Shown here: in pieces, positions 23,501 to 34,036 of the stretch
Position numbering within the stretch: position 1 is the stretch's first letter
Layout: each line of letters opens with the position of its first letter
DNA from: Macrostomum hystrix
Lineage: Eukaryota; Animalia; Platyhelminthes
Assembly: GCA_950097015.1 (NCBI GenBank)
Contig: CATNEN010000037.1
Location: 4,340,001-4,404,000 of the forward strand
DNA: 64,000 nt
Direction: 5' to 3'
The notes under the pieces: generated by a model
Databases searched by the model: none
Told to the model about the DNA's origin: nothing
The model's input: the letters and a program-made list of their open reading frames with translations, nothing else
Program-made: the position numbers and the translations under genes

Positions 23501-26371
23501 CTAGACTACAACCTCCTTATTGGTGGTTATGTAATTGTGAAAATATGAGTCATATTTGAGTAGAACAGTCGTCAGGTCTAAACCAAGCGAGTGGTTTTTT
23601 AGCTAATCGGATTAGACAATTTTAACGTAGTAAAAGAGGGTTTGGGGGGCTTCTTAGACGGTCTGCGCACTACGGGCTCCTACAGAGCCAACCCATAGGT
23701 TTGTTACGTTTGCTATTTCTACTTGTATAATAAAGAAAATTAGTCCTTCATTAACTACGTTTTGCAGGTACAAGGAAAACCAGTTCTGGACGATCGGCGT
23801 AGTTAACTACCTCAAAGGCTTCGTGATATTCTTCCTAATCAAGGAACTGCTTCAGCTGGTGGTCCGCAAGCTCGACTATTTCGGCCTGGGCAACATGATA
23901 GACCTGTTTGTGTTCGTGTCTGTACTGGTGCTGCTGCACTCTCACGAGCACAGCTCCGGCTGTCAGTACTACTCGGACTCGCAGTGGCAGCTTGCAGCTG
24001 TTGTACTATTCTTCACCTGGTTCAGTGTGTTTCTTTACTTCCGCAAATTTCCCGTGTTTGGCGTCTATATTGTGATGTTCCTGGTGATCCTGCAGAACTC
24101 GGTCAAATTTCTATTCCTATTTAGCGTGCTGGTGTTTGCGTTCGCTGCCCAGTTTCACATCCTTATTGGCAACCAGCTGAGGTTCAGCAACTATTGGGAT
24201 GCCTGCCTCAAGGTGAGCGAGGGAGAGACGTAAACTTGACTTAGGACCGGATGGGAGAGTAGACCAGCTGACTGGAGGACCGGATGGGAGAGTAGACCAG
24301 CTGACTGGAGGACCGGATGGGAGAGTAGACCAGCTGACTGGTGGACCGGGTGGGAGAGTAGACCAGCTGACTGGAGGACCGGGTGGAAGAGTAGACCAGC
24401 TGACTGGAGGACCGGATGGGAGAGTAGACCAGCTGACTGGAAGACCGGATGGGAGAGTAGACCAGCTGACTGGAAGACCGGATGGGAGAGTAGACCAGCT
24501 GACTGGAGGACCGGATGGGAGAGTAGACCAGCTGACTGGAGGACCGGATGGGAGAGTAGACCAGCTGACTGGAAGACCGGATGGGAGAGTAGACCAGCTG
24601 ACTGGAAGACCGGATGGGAGAGTAGACCAGCTGACTGTAAGACCGGATGGGAGAGTAGACCAGCTGACTGGAAGACCGGATGGGAGAGTAGACCAGCTGA
24701 CTGGAAGACCAGATGGGAGAGTAGACTAGCTGACTGGAAGACCGGATGGGAGAGTAGACCAGCTGACTGGAAGACCGGATGGGAGAGTAGACCAGCTGAC
24801 TGGAGGACCGGATGGGAGAGTAGACCAGCTGACTGGAAGACCAGAAGACAACATTGTCGCTGAAGGATTAGAATGAAAAAGGACACAATCTGAAGTATGC
24901 TGCTTACTTAAGAGGCTTACTTAAGCATGCTGCCTTGCTTATTGAAGATTTGGCAATCTTCACGATCTTGACGATATTTTTTGAAGATAGTGACAAACTA
25001 GCAATTTATAATCTCGCATCCCCTGCTACGCAGGTGTTTGTGATGGGCACAGGTGAGCTCACCTTCGAGGAGATCTTCCTGGAGGACCAGAGCTCCACGT
25101 CGACGCTCGTGACCTACGACGCCCTATCACGCGCAGTGTTCATCACATTCATAGTTATCATCGGCATCGTGACGATGAACCTGCTGGTCGGTTTGGCCGT
25201 TGATGATATTGCGCAGATCCAACGCCGAGCGCAGCTGAAGCGCCTCTCCCTACAGGCTGACTTGTCCATCTCAATTCTGGCCAGGCTGTACGAATTCCGA
25301 CGCAAGTTTGTGCGGTGGTGGGAGAAGCGTCATGTCTACTCCGACGAACGAAAGGCGCTACTCACAGTAATATTGATTGCATTTAGCGCCTTCCTGGTGC
25401 CGCTGCTGACGGTTCTGCTAGTGTTCCTCTCAATTCTGGTTGTGCTAAGCTTTTTCCGGCATCTGCAGCACAAGAAAGATCATTATTTCCGGTTGTACAC
25501 CCAGCATTACATTCACAAGTGGTACTCTGTCCTTTGCGCTGGCTTGCTCAAGAGCATCTTCAACATTAACTCGGAGGAGGATTTCAGGGTGAGGGAGTAT
25601 GTCAAACATGATTTGCTGTTTACTAGCATCGAAAGTATATTCGAATTCAGATCGCTAACCCAACAGAATACTTGCGTTTGATTCCGGCCGGTCCATAAAC
25701 CATCCAAAACTCCAATGACCCCAATACAGGAACAGATAGTAGCCATGAAGGCGCGCAAGAAGACGCTTAAATACTACAAGGAGGACAGCGACTCTGATGA
25801 GGAAGAGATGCAGCAGATTCATCACCTCAAGCAGAGCGTCAATCGTGTTGAAGCCAAGCTGGACTTGCTCCTCCAACAGCAGCGGGCCGCCGCTGCCGTC
25901 AGCGGAGCAGCCGGTGTTTCTCAGTACAGCCGACAAGCCAGCCAGTATCCAGGCCAGCAACAGCAGCAGCCGGCTCCATCATCCCAGATGGTCGGCACCG
26001 ACCGAGGCCAGCATGCGCTTCTAAGCCTGGTTTCAGAGACCAAGCAGCAGTCAACGCTGGAGCAGCTGAACGCCTTGGCCAAGGCGGAGGAGAGCGAAGA
26101 GCAAGTGCTGCCATTCCACCGATTCCGCCGCGTCACTATGCGCCAGCGGCGCCTGCGGGACAGCCGAAAGCACTTCGACCTAACCATCATGGATGCCACC
26201 GACGGTGCGGACGGCGACGGCTCCGATGGCGGCCCTGGCTCAGACGAACGCGGCGGTGAGGCGCTGGACTACGTGGAAGAGAAAGAGGAGCAGGTGGCCG
26301 CGGAAACCGGCGCCAGCAGCTCCGTTGAGGTCCATCTGCTGCCAAAGTCGCGCACTCACGGTCGCGACTGA
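20580..26371 (+). CDS. TRPA-like ankyrin-repeat cation channel; exons 20580-20631, 21112-22654, 22737-23111, 23768-24212, 25034-25588, 25730-26371
   Basis: All five introns are GT-AG and phase-compatible; ANK motifs (TPLHVAA, IALHLAV, SPLQLA, RPLDYPV); S4 QWQLAAVVLFFTW...RKFPVFGVYIVMF; pore VFVMGTGELTF; TRPA signature MNLLVGLAVDDIAQIQRRAQLKRL; C-terminal coiled coil. Exon 1 is the least certain. Confidence 0.85.
23175..23521 (-). mobile_element. tRNA-derived SINE family B with a Meta-domain-like core and 9-bp TSD, in TRPA intron 3
   Basis: Minus strand GTAGTCTAGTGGTTAGAGCG...GGTTCGATTCCCG then GTGTCATTTAGCAAGACACT...TGCTTCAGTTCACCCAGCTGTTAAACGGGTA; ggtggttat at 23166-23174 and 23522-23530. 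Confidence 0.75.
24244..24844. repeat. 33-bp minisatellite (ggaccggatgggagagtagaccagctgactgga), ~18 copies, TRPA intron 4
   Basis: Tandem periodicity; a degenerate first copy begins essentially at the donor (24213). Confidence 0.95.
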
Positions 26372-26990
26372 GCCAGTTGGACGCTGAAAGCAGCTTTGAT
26401 TTCTGGAAGAGCCGAGCTTGCGCAGAAACGGGACAAACCATTGTTCTTAAATGGAATGGAATTCCTCCCCCAAGAGTTAAGACCTGTCCGATGCTGCAAT
26501 AAAAGTTGAGTCGTTTCAATCCGAAATCATTGAGTTATGTCCTCTGTCGTGAATCGTCCGATACTCAAAGTTACAAATTGGCAATTTGATTCACCTACTT
26601 AACATCGAATTTATTTTGAAAACAAATTTTCTAGAGCCATTTTAATTAAATAACGCAACGCTCGTGCTGCATGCTGCGGTCACATTTGTTGGGTCTAAGC
26701 AATACACACATTAATGATGAAGTAGACCTATATTCGTTGTATATTTGTTGCGGGTAAAGTTCTAAAAACAGATTCACTAAATATGCAAATAAAAGCCGGA
26801 TATAAAAATTAACTCATAAAATTGTTATAAACAGTAAAACACTGACAACGTCATATCTAATTGATCCAAGCAGGTTTGATTGAATCTAAAATATGTGGAT
26901 TAGAAGCGCTGAGTACAATTTTTGCATCAGCAAAGTATAGCGTCAACTTAAGTAAGAAAAAAAGAACGCTTAAATTAAAAGATTCTCTTT

Positions 26991-27457
26991 GATTGGGAAG
27001 ATTCTCTTGGGAAGCAGATTCCGTAGGTAGTGATTGGGAAGATTCTCTTGGGAAGCAGATTCCGTAGGTAGTGATTGGGAAGATTCTCTTGGGAAGCAGA
27101 TTCCGTAGGTAGTGATTGGGAAGATTCTCTTGGGAAGCAGATTCCGTAGGTAGTGATTGGGAAGATTCTCTTGGGAAGCAGATTCCGTAGGTAGTGATTG
27201 GAAAGATTCTCTTGGGAAGCAGATTCCGTAGGTAGTGATTAGGAAGATTCTCTTGGGAAGCAGATTCCGTAGGTAGTGATTGGGAAGATTCTCTTGGGAA
27301 GCAGATTCCGTAGGTAGTGATTGGGAAGATTCTCTTGGGAAGCAGATTCCGTAGGTAGTGATTGGAAAGATTCTCTTGGGAAGCAGACTCCGTAGGTAGT
27401 GATTGGGAAGATTCTCTTGGGAAGCAGATTCCGTAGGTAGTGATTAGGAAGATTCTG
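26991..27457. repeat. 41-bp minisatellite (gattgggaagattctcttgggaagcagattccgtaggtagt), ~11 copies
   Basis: Tandem periodicity. Confidence 0.95.
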
Positions 27458-27493
27458 ATTAATAAGGAAGCAGATACCGTTCATAGCGATTTA

Positions 27494-27860
27494 GACGATT
27501 CTGCTGAGTTAGGAATATTCCGTGGAATCGATTGGGACGATTCTGCTGAGTTAGGAATATTCCGTGGAATCGATTGGGACGATTCTGCTGAGTTAGGAAT
27601 ATTCCGTGGAATCGATTGGGACGATTCTGCTGAGTTAGGAATATTCCGTGGAATCGATTGGGACGATTCTGCTGAGTTAGGAATATTCCGTGGAATCGAT
27701 TGGGACGATTTTGCTGAGTTAGGAATATTCCGTGGAATCGATTGGGACGATTCTGCTGAGTTAGGAATATTCCGTGGAATCGATTGGGACGATTCTGCTG
27801 AGTTAGGAATATTCCGTGGAATCGATTGGGACGATTCTGCTGGGTTGAGAAGCAGATTCC
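27494..27860. repeat. 42-bp minisatellite (gacgattctgctgagttaggaatattccgtggaatcgattgg), ~8 copies
   Basis: Tandem periodicity; related to the adjacent 41-bp array. Confidence 0.95.
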
Positions 27861-28225
27861 GTGGATAATCATACGACTCAATTGCTAAAATTATATTTTC
27901 TCACAAAAAATTAGCAAATCAGAGTTAGGCTAGGAAACAATACAATTTTATAGAAAATGTTTACAAATCCAGTAACAATTACATTCAGTCGATATGAAAA
28001 CCTCGCTTTTATATCTAGACATTGAAATTATGCACCCATTGCAATACAGACTAGAGGAACGGTGGAGAGATGCAATTAAATAATATATTCTCAATTTAGT
28101 TTTCAACATTTTGGCACGAAAAATGAAAGCAGGAAAACTTTAACAAAGTAGAAAGTCTATATATTCTAGTGACCATGTGACAATTCTAGGACGAAGGTTA
28201 AGAGTTCGAATCGGTGGATATATTC

Positions 28226-28915
28226 TCAGGCCAGAGCAAACTCGGCCAACAATTCCGATTCTGTCAATAGCTGGCCAAATCGGCTGTCGCTGTCGCCCAT
28301 GACGGCTGCGGCTGCGCTGGATGCGTCAGAATCGTCCAGAGCGCTCGCCCTGGCTTGGCCTTCGCCGGCGCCCATGTCCAAGTAGCGCGGCAGATTGTGC
28401 TCACAGCCGGCCCAGGGCGACCTGATGCCCGGATAGGCCGGCGGCTGGGCCTGCCATTGGCCGGTGCGCGGGTCCCGCATGTGCCGCCTGTCCGAGGCGA
28501 AGTGGCGCAGCAGGGCCGGGCCGGACACCAGCCGGTAGCGTCGGTGCAGGCGGCCGGGCGGCTCGGACAGCGGGCCGGCCAGCAGTTGGTCAACAACAGC
28601 GTTCGGCCGCAGAGCGTGCTCGAAGTACAACGGCAGGCTGCATGGAAAGTCCAGCGTAGTGTCCAGGTCGTAAACCAATGGCGGATTCTGCGAGCCGTCT
28701 ATCGCGACCACGTGATAGTCCCACAGCACCAGGCCGTCAGGACGCGACGAGGCCCTCTGGCACCAGATGGGCACCAGTCGGGCCGGGTTAGAGATGAAAA
28801 GTGCACTGGGAGCGCTTTTGAGCTGCCGGATTAGGTGATAGACATTCTCCTCACAGTAGCATGCGGTGTGCTCAAACTGGCTACGGTCCAAAGCTGTGGA
28901 CTCCTGTTCGAGCAT
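28226..28915 (-). CDS. NTAQ1: Protein N-terminal glutamine amidohydrolase, single coding exon
   Basis: CYCEENV, VPIWCQ, LWDYHVV, YDLDTTLDFP, FASDRRHM motifs; first in-frame ATG at 28915. Confidence 0.93.
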   Translation of the reverse strand: MLEQESTALDRSQFEHTACYCEENVYHLIRQLKSAPSALFISNPARLVPIWCQRASSRPDGLVLWDYHVVAIDGSQNPPLVYDLDTTLDFPCSLPLYFEHALRPNAVVDQLLAGPLSEPPGRLHRRYRLVSGPALLRHFASDRRHMRDPRTGQWQAQPPAYPGIRSPWAGCEHNLPRYLDMGAGEGQARASALDDSDASSAAAAVMGDSDSRFGQLLTESELLAEFALA

Positions 28916-29047
28916 TAAGGAGATATCTAAGAACTTCGGCAAAACAAACCGTGTGTGCTACTTACAAGATAGTAATTAGCTAAACTGAATGGGATAACAT
29001 CGGTAATTGAGCTGCTGATTGCAGAATACGTTGCCTAGCACTAATTA

Positions 29048-29894
29048 CGAGGGGTGTTTCAAAAGTAACGAGAATTTAGTCATAACTTTTTAATGGATAA
29101 ACTTTTAAATTTGAACTTTTTACCCTGCAATTTTGCATATATGGACAGCACACAGCTTCAGTTGCAACTCTATTGGTCTACATCAGGGGTCGGCAACCTC
29201 CGGCCCGCGGGCCAGATGCGGCCCTCAAAGCTCCCAAATCTGGCCCTTAGCTTCTCCTAACACCTACTCTACAGTACACCCTATCTCATCTCTCCCTGTC
29301 TCACCTCTCCCCTGTCTTATCTCTCCCCAGTCTTATCTCTCCCCTATCTCATCTCTCCCTGTCTCACCTCTCCCCTGTCTTATCTTTCCCCTGTCTTATC
29401 TCTCCCCTATCTCATCTCTCCCTGTCTCACCTCTCCCCTGTCTTATCTCTCCCCAGTCTTATCTCTCCCCTATCTCATCTCTCCCCTGTCTTATCTCTCC
29501 CCTGTCTTATCTTTCCCCTGTCTTATCTCTCCCCTGTCTCATCTCTCCCATTTTTCGTCTCTCCCCTGTCTCATCTCTCTTGCGTCTTATCTCCCCCGTC
29601 TCATCTCTCTTGCCTCTTATCTCCCCCCGTCTCATCTCTCTTGCGTCTTATCTCCCCCGTCTCATCTCTTACCTGTCTGATTTCTCCCCTTTCTTCATGC
29701 GGCCCGCCGTCGTCTTTTAGATTCTCTCTTTAGCCCGCGGGGTATATAAGGTTGCCGACCCCTGGTCTACATGCACCAGTGAAATCTCACATTGAAGTCC
29801 AGACCTCGAGATTAAAAATTACGATTTTTGTCTGTGGTCTATATACCTGAGAATTTGCTTAGAACTTGAAAACTGCTCGTAATAACACCCCTCG
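29048..29894. mobile_element. Non-autonomous mariner-type element (MITE) with TA TSD, interrupted by a hAT MITE
   Basis: TA|CGAGGGGTGTT ... AACACCCCTCG|TA. Confidence 0.7.
29184..29764. mobile_element. hAT (Charlie-like) MITE with a CT-rich internal repeat; 8-bp TSD GTCTACAT
   Basis: CAGGGGTCGGCAAC ... GTTGCCGACCCCTG; perfect gtctacat at 29176-29183 and 29765-29772. Confidence 0.88.
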
Positions 29895-30560
29895 TAATAA
29901 CAGTGATTTGCCCTGGGGCGCCCCCAAGAATATTACTTTCTTATTTATGAAGTATAAATTACCAGACTAGTAATTTAAGCGTCCTTCCTGGAATCTGTAT
30001 GCTGTCAGTACTTATTTTTCAATTTCTTTGTCTAATTAAGATTAATTGACTGTAATAACACACCAATAAACCTGTGCAATGAAAATCCAGTTTAAATAGT
30101 GATCAGTTTGCCAAGTATATTTTCCGAAATCGAAATGTCTTCTCTGTGCATGTCTTATTACTCTGTACATTGTAAAAAACATACTTTTACATGCAGTCGC
30201 ACTATATTTTGATCTTTTTTAATTAAAACAACGAAATTAAACGCAAATGCACAAATATAGTCACGCGATCATTTTATTCGTAAATTTCACACAAATGCCA
30301 GCTGTCGACGACAGTAAGCTTATTATGAATTATAACAAATTCATTTATTAAAGCGAATGGAATGCTAAATTTAAAATTTTTTCCGTAAAGACAGATTCAC
30401 AAAGCGACATAGGCAGGAATTTAAAATTGTGCAGCTCAATAGAATGCTAATTTTCAATTTGTTCGTTAAAAAACATTTTTGTTATAAAACAGAGGCAGAA
30501 CCATTTAACCAGGTAAAACGATTACTGGTCCTACCTGTCCATAATCATCTCAATCCCACC

Positions 30561-31788
30561 CTGTCCCAAGAGGTCAGCCGAGCCCCAATCCCACTGGCCT
30601 GTGCTAACAGGTCAGCCGAGTCCCTATCCCAATCTGTCCTAACAGGTCAGCCGAGTCCCTATCCCAATCTGTCCTAACAGGTCAGCCGAGTCCCTATCCC
30701 AACCTGTCCTAACAGGTCAGCCGAGTCCCATCCCAATCTGTCCTAACAGGTCAGCCGAGTCCCATCCCAATCTGTCCTAACAGGTCAGCCGAGCCCCATC
30801 CCAATCTGTCCTAACAGGTCAGCCGAGTCCCATCCCAATCTGTCCTAACAGGTCAGCCGAGTCCCATCCCAATCTGTCCTAACAGGTCAGCCGAGTCCCT
30901 ATCCCAACCTGTCCTAACAGGTCAGCCGAGACCCATCCTAACCTGTCCTAACAGGTCAGCCGAGACCCATCCCAACCTGTCCTAACAGGTCAGCCGAGCC
31001 CCATCCCAACCTGTCCTAACAGGTCAGCCGAGCCCCATCCCAATCTGTCCTAACAGGTCAGCCGAGTCCCTATCCCAATCTGTCCTAACAGGTCAGCCGA
31101 GTCCCTATCCCAACCTGTCCTAACAGGTCAGCCGAGCCCCATCCCAATCTGTCCTAACAGGTCAGCCGAGTCCCTATCCCAATCTGTCCTAACAGGTCAG
31201 CCGAGTCCCTATCCCAATCTGTCCTAACAGGTCAGCCGAGTCCCTATCCCAACCTGTCCTAACAGGTCAGCCGAGCCCCATCCCAATCTGTCCTAACAGT
31301 TCAGCCGAGCCCCATCCCAATCTGTCCTAACAGGTCAGCCGAGCCCCATCCCAATCTGTCCTAACAGGTCAGCCGAGTCCCTATCCCAATCTGTCCTAAC
31401 AGGTCAGCCGAGTCCCTATCCCAATCTGTCCTAACAGGTCAGCCGAGTCCTATCCCAACCTGTCCTAACAGGTCAGCCGAGCCCCATCCCAACCTGTCCT
31501 AACAGGTCAGCCGAGCCCCATCCCAACCTGTCCTAACAGGTCAGCCGAGTCCCTATCCTAACCTGTCCTAACAGGTCAGCCGAGACCCATCCCAACCTGT
31601 CCTAACAGGTCAGCCGAGCCCCATCCCAACCTGTCCTAAAAGGTCAGCCGAGCCCCATCCCAACCTGTCCTAACAGGTCAGCCGAGCCCCATCCCAACCT
31701 GTCCTAACAGGTCAGCCGAGACCCATCCCAACCTGTCCTAACAGGTCAGCCGAGACCCATCCCAACCTGTCCCAAGAGGTCAGCCGAG
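30561..31788. repeat. 35-36-bp minisatellite (ctgtcctaacaggtcagccgagtccctatcccaat), ~34 copies, overlapping the MIIP stop codon
   Basis: Tandem periodicity; the last unit contains the minus-strand CTC GGC TGA. Confidence 0.95.
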
Positions 31789-33329
31789 CACCGGCACTCC
31801 GGTGAGGTCATCAGGCCGTTTCACCGCAGACGGCAGGTTACGCATTCGCGCTTGGATGCCCTCCCGAACGGCGCGATCCGCAGCTAGGCGACCGCCTCCG
31901 CTATTGTCCGAAGCGAGCGCTCCTCGCCCACTGGCACCGACGCCGGCTCCGCTGCCGCCGGCTGGGTGCGGGCCGCGCACCAGCTCGATAGCCTCCTGGT
32001 AGGTCTGGGGCCGGCGCCAAGCTCGCCTACTGCCGCCTGCAGACAGTAGAGCAGCGGGTTCGGCTGGCCGGGCAGCCGGGTCCGAGGGCCGCAGTCGATA
32101 GCCCGGAGCGCAGTGAGCATGAAGCGACATGGTGTCGGCGCCGCCAAAACCGGCTGCAGACGTTGTTAAAGACGCTTTTCCCGATGGCGGCGGCTGTAGA
32201 ACTCGCGACGGTGCTTTGACACGACCGGACGGGATGCTGACCTGAACTACGGCCGGGGCGTCCTTAGTTGGCGGCTCGCGGAACACAGTGTCCAGATTTA
32301 GCGGCACGGGAAATAGGCGCTCGTTCACTGTGTAGGCGTACACCGGCGGGCCGGGGGGCGGCGAGGTCGGACGGCGTTGACCGGCGGCCTGTGGGAAAAA
32401 GTAAAACTTTAAGCTTATAATTTATTATTATTATTACACAAAACCACAAGTTCTTTCATACATAGTCTATCATTAAAAAAGCCGCAGGTAGCATTAAATG
32501 TATCAACAAACACACCCAAAATTGGCCATTGCATCAGCAGTTTCCATCTGAGATTTTCCTGATACATGATACTATTTTGAGCGCATACATCAATTTTAGT
32601 GACGTCACCTGTATTACTATTTATAGCGCGTATGAGTCATGTCCTCTATTGGCTAGCAAAATGCGTCACAAATGTAACTATATATAGCACAGCAGTCAAG
32701 GCAAAAAAATCGACGGTCACTCCCAGCCCAATCCTAGTCTGTACACTGAAATCAATCTAGCCAATCAGCACGCAGCTTACTGGGTCCTCATCGTTATTGT
32801 CTCCGGGCGCCGAGCTAGGCAGCAGGTCCTTCAGCCGGCGAAGCGCCTGCTCGTCCAGATGCTCATGCCTGTAAGAGTCGCTAATGCATTCGTTGCGATA
32901 GGCCTTGCGAAACTGCAGCACCCGTTGCAGCAGCTCTGAGTGCTCCTGGCGCAACACATCGTACCTGTCGATGCCAACCTCGGCGCCACCGTGTCCGCTG
33001 GCACCGTAATTCTCCAACGAGCTCATCATCCAATCGTAGCCGAGTCCGTCGGCAGAGCGCAGAGCCAGATTGGCTCTGGTTTTGTCCAACTCGCTGCGAC
33101 TACCAGCCTTGGGCAGGGCGCGGCGGTTCGTGTGTCGAATCCGCTCAGCGGCGGCAGCCTCAGCATCGGCCGTTGGCGCTGGCGGTCGCAGATTGCCGAC
33201 GTCGCTGAAAAGCCGTTCGGATGTGGGGCCGACCGACTGCGGGCGCAGTTCGGCTAGCAGGCTGCGGCTCTGACGACGCAGCTGTTCCAGCTGGCGCAAC
33301 AGGGCTGCAGCCTCGGGCTGATGCTGCAT
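31780..33329 (-). CDS. MIIP: MIIP-like protein; exons 33329-32781 and 32388-31780
   Basis: Motifs recalled from vertebrate MIIP: LGYDWM, LQFRKAYRNECI, YTVNERLFPVP, VQVSIP, DTMSLHAHC; phase-0 intron GTAAGC...CCCACAG; start codon uncertain. Confidence 0.7.
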
Positions 33330-34036
33330 CGGACGGCTGGCCGACTGCTGTAACAGCAAAGGTCGAACGAGTTCTACTGGTCCATCGGCTTCTTTTCACT
33401 GGTTTAACGATTGCTTCATTGAATTTCCTAACCCTGTTCTAAGGATTGCTCCTAATTCACTGCTTAATTTCCTAACCCTGTTCTAAGGATTGCTTTCGAT
33501 TGATCCGTATAAATGTCTATCTTTCAGTACGTCGAATCGATTTCTTAAATTCATTAAGTCAGTTTCCTGACATGTCGGTTCTGTTTAGTTTATACACATT
33601 TGTTGGAGTTGATTATAAAATTATAATAAAAATAATCTACAGGCTAGTTATATGTTAAACAAATTGAATTCAATATTTTTACCAATCATGTATTTTCATC
33701 GCACAGTTTTAAAGTAGAGAGAGGGACAAACAAGTGAGCAAATAAGTGTTACTTTAATATTTATCGACTGCACTTGCTATATTAGGAACAGGATAATAAT
33801 AAGTTCCAAATAAAATTAGAATAAATGTGTTAGCTTGGGCTGCAAATTAATGCTTCTAATATTTTAGCGAAGCGCACTGGTAAGGAGGTTAAGCAATATT
33901 AAATATAACTGTAAATTCCCACCCTTAGACAATAATAGACAGATGCAGAGGAACAGACAAGAGAGAAAAACATAGGAGCTTGAATTAGTTCACAGTAAAA
34001 AGTTTGCAGTTACTTTTATTCATGCTAACTAAAGGT

